A stretch of 64,000 nucleotides of DNA from Camelus dromedarius (lineage: Eukaryota): contig NC_087437.1 in the NCBI RefSeq assembly GCF_036321535.1, forward strand, positions 25,112,001-25,176,000, given 5' to 3'. Made by a program: the position numbers and the translations under genes. How positions within the stretch are numbered: position 1 is the stretch's first letter; the number at the start of each line of letters is the position of its first letter. Below, in pieces: positions 49,745-61,840 of this stretch. The notes beneath the pieces were generated by a model. That model was given only the letters and a program-made list of their open reading frames with translations, was not told the DNA's origin and searched no databases.

Positions 49745-52119
49745 CTGCAAAGTCTTTCTTGATCTTTTAGTTTACTTCCTCTAAAGCCAACCTTAGTAGT
49801 CAACCTCTCATTAAATCTCTTAGATGTGACTCCACACTCACACCAACACTATAGCCGTTCTGACAGCATCTTGGCTAAAAATCAATTGAAGAATGATCTC
49901 AATACTAAAGATTACACAAACAGTAAAAATAATTTCATGTTCATCACATACATACAAGGTTAGGGTTAAAATGTTTCAGCTTAAGAGAGAGGGCCTATAT
50001 TTATTAAAGACAGCAGTAGACTTTTACTGTCAGACTTCTGATTTCTGATAGAAATAAAATGCAAAATATCTCATGTTCAAATACGCTTGTGGAAAGTTAT
50101 TATTTGGGAGAAGGTAAAGACTATAATTAATTCCAGTTAATAATGACTGCAATTAATTATAAATCTTTTTTATTAATGTATAACTCAATTTTATAATATC
50201 TGAGTAAACAGGAAAGTAGTTCTCTTATTTGCTGATTCTTTTTTCTATATTCAAATATCAATCAGCCTTCTGGCCATAGCAATGGCATCAATAGTTTATG
50301 TTCACATATATCTATTATTAATATTCTGACATGTTATAAAACAGAATGATAAAAATGAAAATGGGGAATAAGAGACAGGCAATCGGGGTTTACATTGCAC
50401 AATATTTTGCTCTTATGTATGCATCATAATATTTTCTCTCACTGGCCCATGCTCGGTCCATTCAGCTAGAAATGCGCATTCACGAATGTTAGAGATCAGA
50501 GCATTACATAAAGCTAGTGTTTGATATGTGAAATATGAATATCAAAGGCCTTTCTAAAATTGTTAAATAGCTGTGACATGGTTGAACTTTCTGGGTTTTA
50601 TTTGCTACCGGAGAAAGAGCTGGCTGGTTTGTTACAACTGAAGAAGAATTTATCACTAAATGAGACCCTATGGTAGCACGTGGCTGTGGCCAAAGAATGT
50701 GCCTTCATCACCGTGTGCAAATACCAGGCTTCTGGGGCCTGGGCACAACCTGATTTTATCACCTCCTTATGACAAGATCCTGATTTGAGTCTCTGCTTTA
50801 GTTTTTGTGTTAGAGAAATCTATAGCTTTCTGTGGTCTTTTATACCTCATAACTTCAATTGTGAGCAAAAGAGACAGGAAAGGAAATAGACATTGTTTTC
50901 AAGAAAGCATCCAATTCCACAAATCAAATTTAACTCAATGTATCACTTTTTCAGATTGTTTTATGTTTCCTATATCAAAACAAGTGCAATTGATTGAAAA
51001 AGAGCTGAGAAATGAGATTTGGCACATTCTCTGTGGGATAAAATATGCTTTAAAAAGTACCTTAATGATTACTGATACTGAAATGCTAAATAGCTCAAAT
51101 GTTTTCATCTGGATTAGAAAATGGCCACTTTATTTCCTGCAGATTTTTCTCCAAATTATTGTTATTTTGCAACTTCAGTATTGATCTGTGCCTCTATATA
51201 AAGGAGGGACCATGTTATAAGTTGTTTGAGTAAGTAACAATAGAGGTGATACTCCAAGGAAGGCCGATCGATTATGAGATTCAAGATTGACAACCAGATA
51301 CACGAAGGGTGACCAATTAGGAACAAAGAATTCACCACAAGGTTTCTTTAAAAAGCATGAATGTATGTTTTGATTTACAGAAATATGATTACATGTAATT
51401 TCCAAGAGGATTGGTGCAATGTAAGAATGTACCTATTCTGAAATGGGGAAAAAATGGGGATATCTTAAGGAGTTCAGAAAACTATGTTTTCCTTTTTCAT
51501 TCTTTTCATTGCTTGAGATTGTTTCAGATACACTGTTATCTTACGATTGAAAACCCCAGGCCATGGCACACAGAAAGTACCCAATCAGCAAATTTTAAGT
51601 TAAAAGTTGGAGGAAGAAATTTAAAACAATTATTCATTCACATCAGAAAACATTTATAAGCCCAGCGTTAGCTGTCCTGTTATTTCCTCCTTTGGAAGCA
51701 GTTTCGTGGTGCACTTAATGTCACGTATCTCTGCTTAACTACGATTGTAAAATAATCGTCTCTACTTTTAGAGGCTTCCAAACCCGTGGTTTGTATTCAC
51801 ATTATGTATACATAGTCTTCTGGTTCGAAGAGAATCAGTTTCCTGTGAAAAACAATTTTCCTGCCCACACTCCTTCCAAGACTCTCATCAGCAGATGCCG
51901 AACCACTGCAGTACTTTCCCACCTGGTACCCGCCTCCCCCCAGTGTCTGCTCACTCCGATGCAGCCTTCCACATTCTTCCAGCTTAATCTCCACAAGATT
52001 CCACTGCTGGAGCTCCAAACACTCCAGGTTATAAATTGTTTTTATAACCCCCTCAAACACTGGGATTGAGGACTGCGCACCAGTGAGGTGCTCCATAAAT
52101 GCTGAATGACATCATGTAC

Positions 52120-52320
52120 GCTATCTGGTTCTAGTCTCGACTCTGCCCTTGACTTGTGTGACCTGACTACTTAAGTCACAGAAGTGTCAGTGTCCCCTTT
52201 TCCTAAGTGAGGACAATAGCACTCTTCACTTCATAGCATCATTCTGAAAATTAACTGGATAGTTTGTGTGACGTGCTCAGCACAGTAGCTGCCATAGTAT
52301 GTTGTTGTGAATGTTGCTAG
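52120..52320 (+). mobile_element. MIR SINE
   Basis: ctggttctagtctcgactctgcc..acttgtgtgacct..tcagt.tcc..gtgctcagcacagt. Confidence 0.7.
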
Positions 52321-52519
52321 AGGTCCGCTGCTACTCGTGTTCAGAGTAAGTTTCCCTCCAACCCCTCCCTGCCACTTTCCTACCCTTGCAAAAATACATA
52401 CTCCCTAATACTCATCTAAAGGAGCTTCTCAATAACTCACAGATAAGAAAGGGCCAAGTGAACAGACTGCCTACAGAGCAGACAGAATTTGCCACCAGAT
52501 GGGATGGGTGGATTCGCAG

Positions 52520-52770
52520 GAGCTGTGGACCTAAAGTCGGGTTCAAATCCTGAGACTTCACTCAAGTTATCTTTTTTGAACCAGTTTTCATGAACAAAAT
52601 GGGAATAATACCTACCTTGTGAGGTACTTATAGAGACTAGCCATTGCAAAGTCCAAATTGCTAATAATTGTTGGGCTACTTACTTGCTCTGAGCCTCAAG
52701 TTTCTCATCTGGGAAATGGGATAATAATATATGTCTTGCATAGAAGTTGGGAAAATTAGCAATGATGATA
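52520..52770 (+). mobile_element. Two tandem MIR fragments
   Basis: gggttcaaatcctg..aaaatgggaataatacctacctt and ctctgagcctcaagtttctcatctgggaaatgggataata. Confidence 0.7.
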
Positions 52771-52916
52771 CTGATTAATATTTCTTTAATGCTTATTATG
52801 TGTTAGGCACTGGGCTAAGCACTTTGTGTAAACTAGACTCAGCAGTGTACGCCTGGCACTGGGCCCACAGGAGGCACTCAACACATGCTAGTTCTTGTCA
52901 GTGCTAATGATGATCT

Positions 52917-53432
52917 AACCTAAGTGCCCATCAACAGATGAACGAATAAAGATGCGAGAGATGTAATAAACACACACACAATGGAATACTACTCAGCCAC
53001 AAGAAAGAATGAAAATTTTGCCATTTGTGACAATATGGATGGACAGGGAGGGCATTATGCCAAGTGCAATCAGTCAGAGGAAGACAAATACTGTCTAATA
53101 TCACTTATATGTGGAATCTGAAAAATACAATAAACTAGTGAATATAACAAAAAAGAAGCAGACTCGCAGATATCGAGAACAAACTCATGGTTACCAGTGG
53201 GGAGAGGGAAAGGGGGAGGGACAATACTGGTGAAGGAGACTAAGAGGTACAAACTCTATGCATAAAGTAAGCTACAAGGATATAGTGTGCAACATGGGGA
53301 ATATAGCAAATATTTTGTAATAATTATAAAGGGAGTATAGCCTTTAAGAATTGTAAATCACTATACTGTACACCTGCAGCTTATATAATATTACATATCA
53401 ACTATACTTCCATAAAAATTAATTTAAAAAAA
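52917..53432 (+). mobile_element. Laurasiatherian/cetartiodactyl L1 3' end (ORF2 tail and 3' UTR)
   Basis: aacctaagtgcccatcaacagatgaa, aatggaatactactcagcca, tcacttatatgtggaatct, aactcatggttaccagtggggagaggg, tcaactatacttc, then an A-tail. Possible short TSD atgatct / atggtct. Confidence 0.9.
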
Positions 53433-53479
53433 TGGTCTCACTGTATCCTTATGCTCCCATGGGAAGTAGGTGCTGTTCC

Positions 53480-53630
53480 TGCTCAGCTCAGCTCAGCTCC
53501 TCATGCTGAAAATACATATGTTTTAATGTGAAATATCCCAATGTTTTGTTCTCCAAATAATATTTAATTTAACATTTTAAATCAGGTTGAAGCCAAACAA
53601 AATATGTCTCCTTCTGGATGGTCATTTTTA
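53480..53630 (+). mobile_element. Possible degenerate MER102-like fragment
   Basis: gctcagctcc..ttttaatgtgaaatatccca..gccaaacaaaatatgtct. Confidence 0.35.
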
Positions 53631-55870
53631 GTTTCATGATGAACAGTTTATGAGAGTTTTCAGGCCATGGTGTTGATTAAGTGGGAGCCACAGGACAAGA
53701 AACGATCAGGATGGAAAATGTGTAGTAACTGTCACGGACGGGTTTGCGGAAGCCGGTAGGGCAGCCCTTTCGAAATCCTTGAAGTAACTGCTTTAGATCC
53801 AAGGGAGGATTTATTACGCTTATTCATATTTAGGACACCTTCTCATTCTCCGCCCCCTCCACTGTCTTCCTTGTCCTCTTCCCCACTTGATATTATCTTA
53901 CTGGCACTATTCTTATTTCCCAGATCCACTCACTGTGAGGTGTAGAGATGTAACAGTTGCCCGAAAATCAAGGCTTCGTTGTCAGAGATGAATTTCTTTA
54001 GTTTCCTGACATGAAATACAGAAAGCTATTTATAATATTTATAGCCCATTTATGGCTAATAAATAATTTCTGGGTAAATGTTGCATCCCATAATACATTT
54101 TTTTTTGCTCACTTGAAAAATTAGTGAGAAAAATTAGGTGAAAAGTTGTCCTTTTATGTGTGTATTTGTGTGTTCTCTTCCATAGGTATTTTTAAGCTCT
54201 TTACCTCAGAGAATTCCTCAAACTGAGGTTCTCCTGAAAACCTGTTTTCCTACAGGCTAGAATATTCACAGTTCACCTCAGAGGCACACACAGTAAAGCA
54301 TGTTCTACAGTTTAATCAGTACATATTTGAAATATTTCTGATCAAGCAAATAAAGCTTATTTTGTCAATTATACCTATTTTTCTTTAAAAATGTAAGAAA
54401 GGCATCATAGTTAAAATGTAACATAAAAGAAAATGTATCAATAGTTACTAATCATGTTTGTAATTAGCTACTTGTGGAGCTCTTATGAATACAGCATTTT
54501 CTCTAAGGACAAGGAAATATAAAATAGAATGAAAATAAATCATGAAATGGTTAAACAGAATTGACCTGCAGTTCCACCTCAAGAAACATTTTTAAAAAAA
54601 GAAATCCACCACATCTTACCCTCCTTCTTAAAATACTATTTATTTAGATGGTTATAAATTTTTTACTTAGATAGGAAAGAGCAGTTGACAACAAAATCCT
54701 TTTTGCTAGCAAGACACAGAGGAAAAATAACAGTAAATTAAGTCCAACTTGCAAGTATTTACCGAATGTAAATAATCTACTTCAGCACCCAAAAGAAGTA
54801 TTTTTAAAATATTTTTAAGCATCTCTTATTTCATGTCCAAATCTTGAAAACACAGATGGTTTTGGCCTCTGTACTTCCCTAGTGGTAGGAGAAGCCTTGT
54901 TTCACTTGCAAGGAGTGCTCTTTCCTGATGCAACATCCCCATCTGGTGAAAATAGGTCTTTGCAGTCCACGGCTCATTAGGGTAGGAGTCATTGGTTAAA
55001 TTTGCAGACATATATGAAATTACTCTAGAATAAAATGTGATAACAATAACACTATTTTTTAAAGACCATTTTGAAATGACTTGCTTTAGATTCAAGTAAA
55101 AAAAAAAATTACAACGAGGTTGTGCTATTGTTATTTTGTTGAGGGGAGAAGACCAGGGAATTTTCAGGGGTAATTAAAATTGGTTAAGTTTGAGATTTAT
55201 TTCAGTCCTCCGCCACTTGGTGAAAACTAATCCTGAGTCATTCTAGAATTGGTAGAATAATGTGCAGCCACATAAACAATGACAAGGAGATGGCCTCGGG
55301 GCCAACACATGGATGTAAAAATTTTAGACATTTTAATGCCTCTGAATATTTCTCAGTGGAAAAAAAAAAAAGAAAGAAAGCAGGAATGATACAACAGTCA
55401 CTTCATTGCTGGTGTTCATCTCAACAGGTAGACAGTGAGTGAGCCAGAAGACTAGAAATAGGTTTGCTGAGACGCTGGGGCGGCAGTCATCTGTGTTCTA
55501 CCTGCTCCTGCTCCTAGAATAGTTGGTCCTGCTATTACCCATGTTAAAAAACACATATTTAGCTGTTCCTTAGCTGTAGCTTGGATATACAGAGGCATTT
55601 GGTGGAAAGTATCTGAGAACTATCATAATATGAGTACAAATATTTAAACTGTTTTGTTATGTTTTTTGAATGATTGATTTAAGAATATATTAAAAATACT
55701 CTTCATAAATCTAATTTTTGTGTCCTGGAAAAGTATATGGGATTGAGGTAAATGGAGATTAGGAACGGAGGTGAATCATTTCATCAGAGAGACAACTGAT
55801 AAAATATCTCTGGGTTGTCTGTTACCAGCTAAGAAAAATAATTCTGAGAAGCCCCAGATTTTCTCTTTCC

Positions 55871-55891
55871 TGTGTGTGTGTGTGTGTGTGT
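55871..55891. repeat. (TG)10 microsatellite
   Basis: Directly visible. Confidence 0.9.
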
Positions 55892-56784
55892 ATATACATA
55901 CACTTCCATGGTGAACTAAAATCAAACATAGGTATACTGTAGCCATAAAATAACTGACTGCATATATGTATACACACATGCACACAAATACTGTAACGGC
56001 TGCGACAAATTGGGTAATAAATTTGACTGAAACTTTAAGAGATTTTTTTAAAAGGTTTAAAAACTGTATAAGCTGCCAGCCAACTGGTATTACTTTAGTT
56101 CAGCTCTCACAGCCAGCAGTGTTGTCAGTTACTAGCCTCTCTCTTCCTCTCTGTCTGTGTCTCTATTTATAGCTCAGCATCTGAGTCATACTATAGGAAA
56201 GAGGGCAATTTTTGTTCTTGGAAAAATTGCTTTCTGATCTTTGCATGATAGTGACTAATGTATAAAGCCCTTTGTCTGGCTAACAGCTCAATTTTATTTT
56301 TATTCTGTTAACATTCTACAAGATTTTGACGTTACTATTCACAGAAAAGTAGAAAAATTACATAAAATTTTTTAAAATGTGCTTAAAGGAATAAAATATT
56401 CATTTTAGAAAGATCAGAAGCCTTCTTAGCGGAGGTAAATATATATAATAAATTAGGTATCAATTAAATACAAAGGGTATATTTAAATTAGACGACAAAG
56501 TATCACTGTCAAATTAAAATAAATGCATTCATTAGTATGGTTTTAGAAATTTTTGATTCTAAAACACTAATACAGCTTTTCCCCAGATTCTCATGTATCC
56601 TTAGCAAGTAAAACGTGTATAGTTGTCCCTTCTCTTTTCTGGTTTTCTACTGCCAGTTTCTGTCTGTGTCTATACATATACACCAATATGGTGTGATCTC
56701 TTTAAAGCCAACACTTAAAAATAGCTACAGACTTCCATCAAGTCAGGTTGATTCTCTGAAGGTTGTGTCCCATAATGGTTATGG

Positions 56785-56985
56785 TCATTGACTCTGAGTT
56801 TGAATCCTAACTTTCACTTATTAACTGTGAGACATCAGACAATAGATTTAGACAAGGCACAGCCTCTGTGCTTCTTTTTCCTCATCTGAAAAATCCAATT
56901 TTGTATATAACAGTATGTAATTAAAAATAATTAAACAGAGAGAACAGTGCCTATCACATAATATGTGTTCTAAAGATTTCAGTGA
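56785..56985 (+). mobile_element. MIR SINE
   Basis: ctgagtttgaatccta.ctt..cacttattaactgtgagac..cctctgtgcttc..tttcctcatctgaaaa..agaacagtgcct..cacata. Confidence 0.8.
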
Positions 56986-58291
56986 TTTTTTTTTTATAGC
57001 AGCCTTGGAAATTTTTGTTGACTCATTAATTCTCAGTGTTCATGGATTATCTTTCTAACTAGCTTTGACTGGTTTTAGTAAACGCCTTCCATAAGCAAAG
57101 GTTTGGTAAATAATTTTAATAATGTTTTTGAAGAAAATTATCATCATTTGAATCTAATCATCTAAGAAAGTGATTTAAGTAAGCCACAGTACAATATATA
57201 GTAAAATAATATTTTTAATATTTAAAAAAGTATGTGTTCCCACAGATTGTTTTTTCTTTCCTATTGAAATTTCCATTTGGAAAATTGGCTCAGATATTTC
57301 TTTCAAACTGGTGCTGATTTTCAGTGAAACTGGCTATTAGCTCCACTTCAAAAGACAATTCTTTCACATGTCACATATCAGTGTCAATATATTGACAATT
57401 TTTAAAGAAAATCTTTTAGTCACCTCTTAAGAAATACGATATTAAAACCGAACTGACTAAAGGCTACAAATGGGGGAAAAATTTATTCAAGCTCTCAAAT
57501 TAAGATAAGACCATCCATGATTTAAGGGAAATCATGGACCAGCACAGGTCCTTTGAGCCATCGTTCAAAACCACACAACTTGTTTTATTGAATAAATCAC
57601 CATTTCTTTGAAGTTTAAATTGTGTCATGTAAGAAACAGTTTGAAACACCGAATACTTCTCAAGTGTTTCATATCATTTTGCATTTTTATTCCAGAAGCA
57701 AATGCAAAAACTTCTGGTTAGAGATTTTTTTTTTTAGCAAAGAGCTGAGATTAATTTATTAGATTTAATGTGCAGGGAGAGTAAAGGAAAAAGGCTTTCC
57801 TAGTGTACCAAACTGTTATTTTTCTTCAAGATTATTAAAGGTTTTCACTGTGAAGTCTCCAGCTCAATGAGATCTAAATTACCAGAAAAATATATGTAAA
57901 GTCACTGCAGCACTTTGAAAGCAAAGATATGAGACACAAACCCATTTTAAGCCTGCTGGTGGCCTGAGGGTTTTTAAAACATTATCCAGCAATGTTTAGT
58001 ACTTTGTCCTACCAGAGTTGACTTATCTAGAAAATATTTCTACCGTGTAAATGGCATGCCCCAAAGAGGACTGTAGCTGAACACAAACAGGGTTGAGTTA
58101 ACTTTTTAATAGCTTTAAAATTCCCAAACCCTAACCATTACATGATTTTAAAATACAGATGTCCATCTCCAAAAGTCTCAAAGTTAATCAGTATTCAGTC
58201 TTGAAAAACACTGTGTTAGAGTTTGGGAAATATGTAGTGGGACTGAGATCCTAAATATGTGATATTCTTTAATGTCTTTTCCTTGTTCCAG

Positions 58292-58490
58292 GAAATGTAT
58301 CCAAGTCAGCCAGTGTCCTACCTTCAGAAGAACACTGGGTTCCCCGAGGATGAATCATTGCTTCTCGTAGAACAAGCTAATTAATGCGAGCAAGGTGATA
58401 ATGATTACTACAAGATCAAAGAGAGGAACTGGGGTTAGGGGGAGGATGGCTGTGGAACATGTTCGTGGAAGAGCAACACCGCCAAACAGG
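58292..58490 (+). other. Candidate 199-nt spliced exon (non-coding, or 5' UTR plus start codon)
   Basis: Acceptor ttctttaatgtctttttccttgttccAG|G and donor AGG|GTAAGA. Stops in all three frames from the acceptor; non-repetitive sequence. No transcript evidence available. Confidence 0.3.
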
Positions 58491-59076
58491 GTAAGATCAT
58501 GTAAAAGGGCATTTTGAAACAAAACACGGCTTAGCAGTGGGTGGACGGAGTTTTGGAAAAACATCAAGGGGGAATATTTTCATGGTAAAGATTTAACCAA
58601 GACATGAAAAAGTAATTAAAATCAGTATTTTCCCCCTCTATTACATATTGGATGAGGAGGTGAATTGGGAGTAGAATTGGGTTTAGCTGTAATAATCAGC
58701 AGCATGTTTAATCTATTTAATTGATTCTTGTTGATATTTTGAAAGGTACCAAAATTGTAGAAATAAGCACATCAAATGATTTGGGAGATTTATAATAGTG
58801 TGATTTTTTTTAATGATTGATCTAATCAGATTTCAAGGAATGGTATATTATGACTGCCTATCCTTTATCAATTATATAAATTGTGGTGTTATGATTGTGG
58901 ATTTTGAATTTTCAAAGGGTCCTCAAACCATTCGTTTGTTGGACATTTCCATACTTAGGGAGAGAGCAAGGAACAGCAGTTTGGAGGATGGACAGAAGTA
59001 ACTGCAAATGGTTGGATAAGCAGAAACTAGGCTGCTCACATGTGAAAGAGGAGCTGAACCAAAATAATGGGCAGAC

Positions 59077-59479
59077 CTTGTTGCTTATCTATTTTATACA
59101 CTGTCATCTGTATCTCTTAATCCCATACCTGAATTTTGCACCCCAACCCCTGCTTTTGGTAACCATAGTTTGTTTTCTATATCTGTGAGTCTGTTTCTTT
59201 TTTGCATATACTCTCACTTGTATTATTTTTTTAGAGTTCACATATAAGTGGTATCTTTCAGTATTTGTCTTTCTCTGCCTGACTTATTTCACTAAGTGTA
59301 ATATTCTCTGTGTATAAAATAGATAAGCAATAATGACATATTGTATAGCACAGGGAATTATAGCCATTATCTTGTTACAAATTTTAATGGAGTTTAATCT
59401 GTAAAAATACTGAATCACTATGCTGTATATCTGAAAATAATTTAATATTGTAAATCAACTATACTTTAATAAAAATAAT
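59077..59479 (+). mobile_element. L1 3' end with twin-priming 5' inversion
   Basis: Antisense L1 at 59077-59309 joined to sense L1 3' UTR and A-tail at 59310-59479. Perfect 14-bp TSD aataatgggcagac at 59063-59076 and 59480-59493. Confidence 0.92.
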
Positions 59480-59494
59480 AATAATGGGCAGACT

Positions 59495-59760
59495 GTTTAA
59501 AAAGAGACCAGATTCAGTTCATTTCCAAGTAAGATTGTCAGGACCTAATGACTACCTAAAAGGGGAAATAAAGGTGCAGACAGTCAAGTATGATTTCAGG
59601 ATTCCACCTTGGAAGAAAAGATAGTTGTTGGGTCTATTATTTATATTAGGTAAATAAGAGAAGAGACAGGGAGGGAAGAGACACGTTCATATTCAGACAT
59701 GATGTTTTTGAGGATGATCTGAATGGAGATGGTTAGTGGGCAATAGGGTATACAGGTTTA
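59495..59760 (-). mobile_element. L2 fragment
   Basis: attgtcaggacctaatgact..agtcaagtatgatttcagg..gttcatattcagacatga.gtttttgagg..tggagatg.ttagtgggca. Confidence 0.6.
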
Positions 59761-59944
59761 GAACAGGTTTTTTTTTTTTTTTTAATTTTTAAAGCTACTT
59801 TGAAAAGTCTACTTTGGAATGAGAGTTGAGAAACTAGAGAAAGCAGTAAATGTAAGTACTAGCTTACATACAGTAGTAAAGGGAAACAGGAAAGAAAAGT
59901 ACAAAGAAAGGCTGTTTTGATTTGATTTGACTTGATTTGGGTGT

Positions 59945-60514
59945 TGCAGAAGGTAGAATTCTAAGATGGTTCCCAATGAGTCTCACCCGTATATAATCCT
60001 CTCCAATTTAGATGTCAATACAGTGTGTCCCTCTCGTGATTATGGTGTCTTATATGGTTCAAGAGAAATTATCCTGGTGATTCTGACCTAATCAGAAAGC
60101 CTCTTGAAAGCAGAGTTGATCTGAAAAGAAGTCGAAGAGATGTGCTCCAAATGGCCTGGAAGAAACCAAACATTCACTTTGTGAACAGCCTATAGGTGGG
60201 AGGGGGAGGGGTCACTGGCCAGGAACTGCAGGCAGCCTCTAGAAACAGCCCCTAATCATCAGCCATCAAGAAAATAGGCATCCCAGTCCTCCTCCTCAAA
60301 GAACTAAATGTTGACAAAGGCTAAATAAGCTTGGGAGGGAATCCAGAGCCTCAGATGAGATGGCAGTCCTGGCCGACAGCTTGAGGTCAGTCACGTGAGA
60401 CCCGGGGCAGAGAACTGCGTCCTGCCCTGCTAGGTTAGAAGACAGTGAGACTGTATTCCTTCCAAGCTGCTGAGTTTGTGGTAATTTGTTACACAGCAAT
60501 AGAAAATTAATACA
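59945..60514 (+). mobile_element. MLT1E-like MaLR solo LTR, full length
   Basis: tg..aggtagaattctaagatggttccca at the start, gagcctcagatgagatggcagtcctggccgaca internally, and aagctgctgagtttgtggtaatttgttacacagcaatagaaaattaataca at the end. Flanks ggtgt / ggtgg give a 4/5 TSD. Confidence 0.85.
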
Positions 60515-60984
60515 GGTGGTTCGTGTTTGTTTTATTTTTAATCTACAGTGGAGGATGAGGAAAGGACTCAGAAGATAGAAGGGGATTGAAGACCTCGAGG
60601 AAACACAACGGGCTTTGTAATGCGGTGAACCTGGACAGCGGTCAGGCTGGACTTGTAGGGGATGAGGGATAGAGATTCGGGACTGCCGCCCTGCGCTGGA
60701 TATGAGAGCCTGCTCCTTCATCTCCTCAGTCTTCTGCTCTCAGAATGGAAACACTTGGCTCTTCCACAGGATTCTCTCTAAAAACGAAGGTACCTGGCTC
60801 TGTGGAATTAGAGACCTGACACCCAAGGTCATTTCCCACCATGAACTCCTAATTGTAACTTTCTTTTCTCCTTCATACTTGACAGAGAAAATAGAGGCCA
60901 CCAGTGTTAATTATCTGTGATCGCCCACCCTTCACCCTCCAGCAGTACACATGAAAATATCCCCAAACATAGTCTCCATCCCTG

Positions 60985-61840
60985 AGACTTCCAAGTTTTT
61001 TTATTTAAGAAATACATTTTTTAAGGCTTTAGCTGCCATAGGTAGCAAACCCGCTGATGGATCTGAGACCTGGAAATTGATTCACCACTCGAGATGCCAT
61101 TAAGAACATTTGTGATTCACAGGAAGAGGTCAAAATACCAACATTAATAGGAGTTTGGAAGAAGATGATTCTAAATCTCATGAATGATTTTGAGAGGTCA
61201 AGACTTCAGTGGAGGAAATAATTGAAGATATCGTGGAGATTGCAAGAGAACTAGAATTAGACATGGAGCCTGAAGATGTGACTGAATCACTGTGATCTCA
61301 TGATAAAGTTTAAAGGATGAGGAGTTGCTTGTTGTGGATGAGCAAAGAAAGCAGTTTCTGGAGTTGGAATCTACTCCTAGTGAATACGCTGTGATTATTG
61401 TTGAAATGACAACAAACAATTTAGAATATTACATAAACTTAGTTCAAGAGCAATAACAGGATTTGAGAAGACTGACTCCAACCTTGAAAGTAGTCCTACT
61501 GTGGCTAAATGCTATCAGACAGCTTTGCACGCTATAGAAATTGTCTGTGAAAACAAGTCAATCAATGCGGCCAAGTTTACTTCTGACTTTAAGAAACAGT
61601 CACCCCAGTCTTCAGCAACCACCACCCTGATCAGTCAGCAGCCATCAACATTGAGGCAAAATCCTTTACTAGCAAAAAGATTCTGACTCTTTGAAGGCTC
61701 AGATGATGGTTAGCACTTTTTAGAATAAGGTATTTTCCTTTAATCCTGTACTTTTTTTTTTTAGACACAGTGCTATTGCACACTTTACAGACTACAGCAT
61801 AGTGTAAACATAACTTTTATACATACTGGGAAATCCAGGT
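60985..61840 (+). mobile_element. Tigger1 (TcMar-pogo) 3' fragment, decayed transposase
   Basis: From about 61093 it translates DAIKNICDSQEEVKIPTLIGVWKKMILNLMNDFE, matching the Tigger1 transposase C-terminal region. Followed by caaccaccaccctgatcagtcagcagccatcaacattgaggcaa and tgctattgcacactt..agactacag.atagtgtaaacataactttta. Frameshifted. Confidence 0.92.

Noticed and set aside
52490..52506. CTCF-like GCCACCAGATGGGA
   Set aside because: Lacks the conserved GGC at the 3' side of the core; too weak to call without ChIP data.
57382..57397. 16-bp perfect palindrome TGTCAATATATTGACA (inverted MEIS/TGIF half-sites)
   Set aside because: About one palindrome of this length is expected by chance in 64 kb of AT-rich DNA; no other support.
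60979..60988. TCCCTGAGAC, identical to the 5' end of miR-125
   Set aside because: The match stops after 10 nt, there is no precursor hairpin, and it lies at the Tigger1 boundary.
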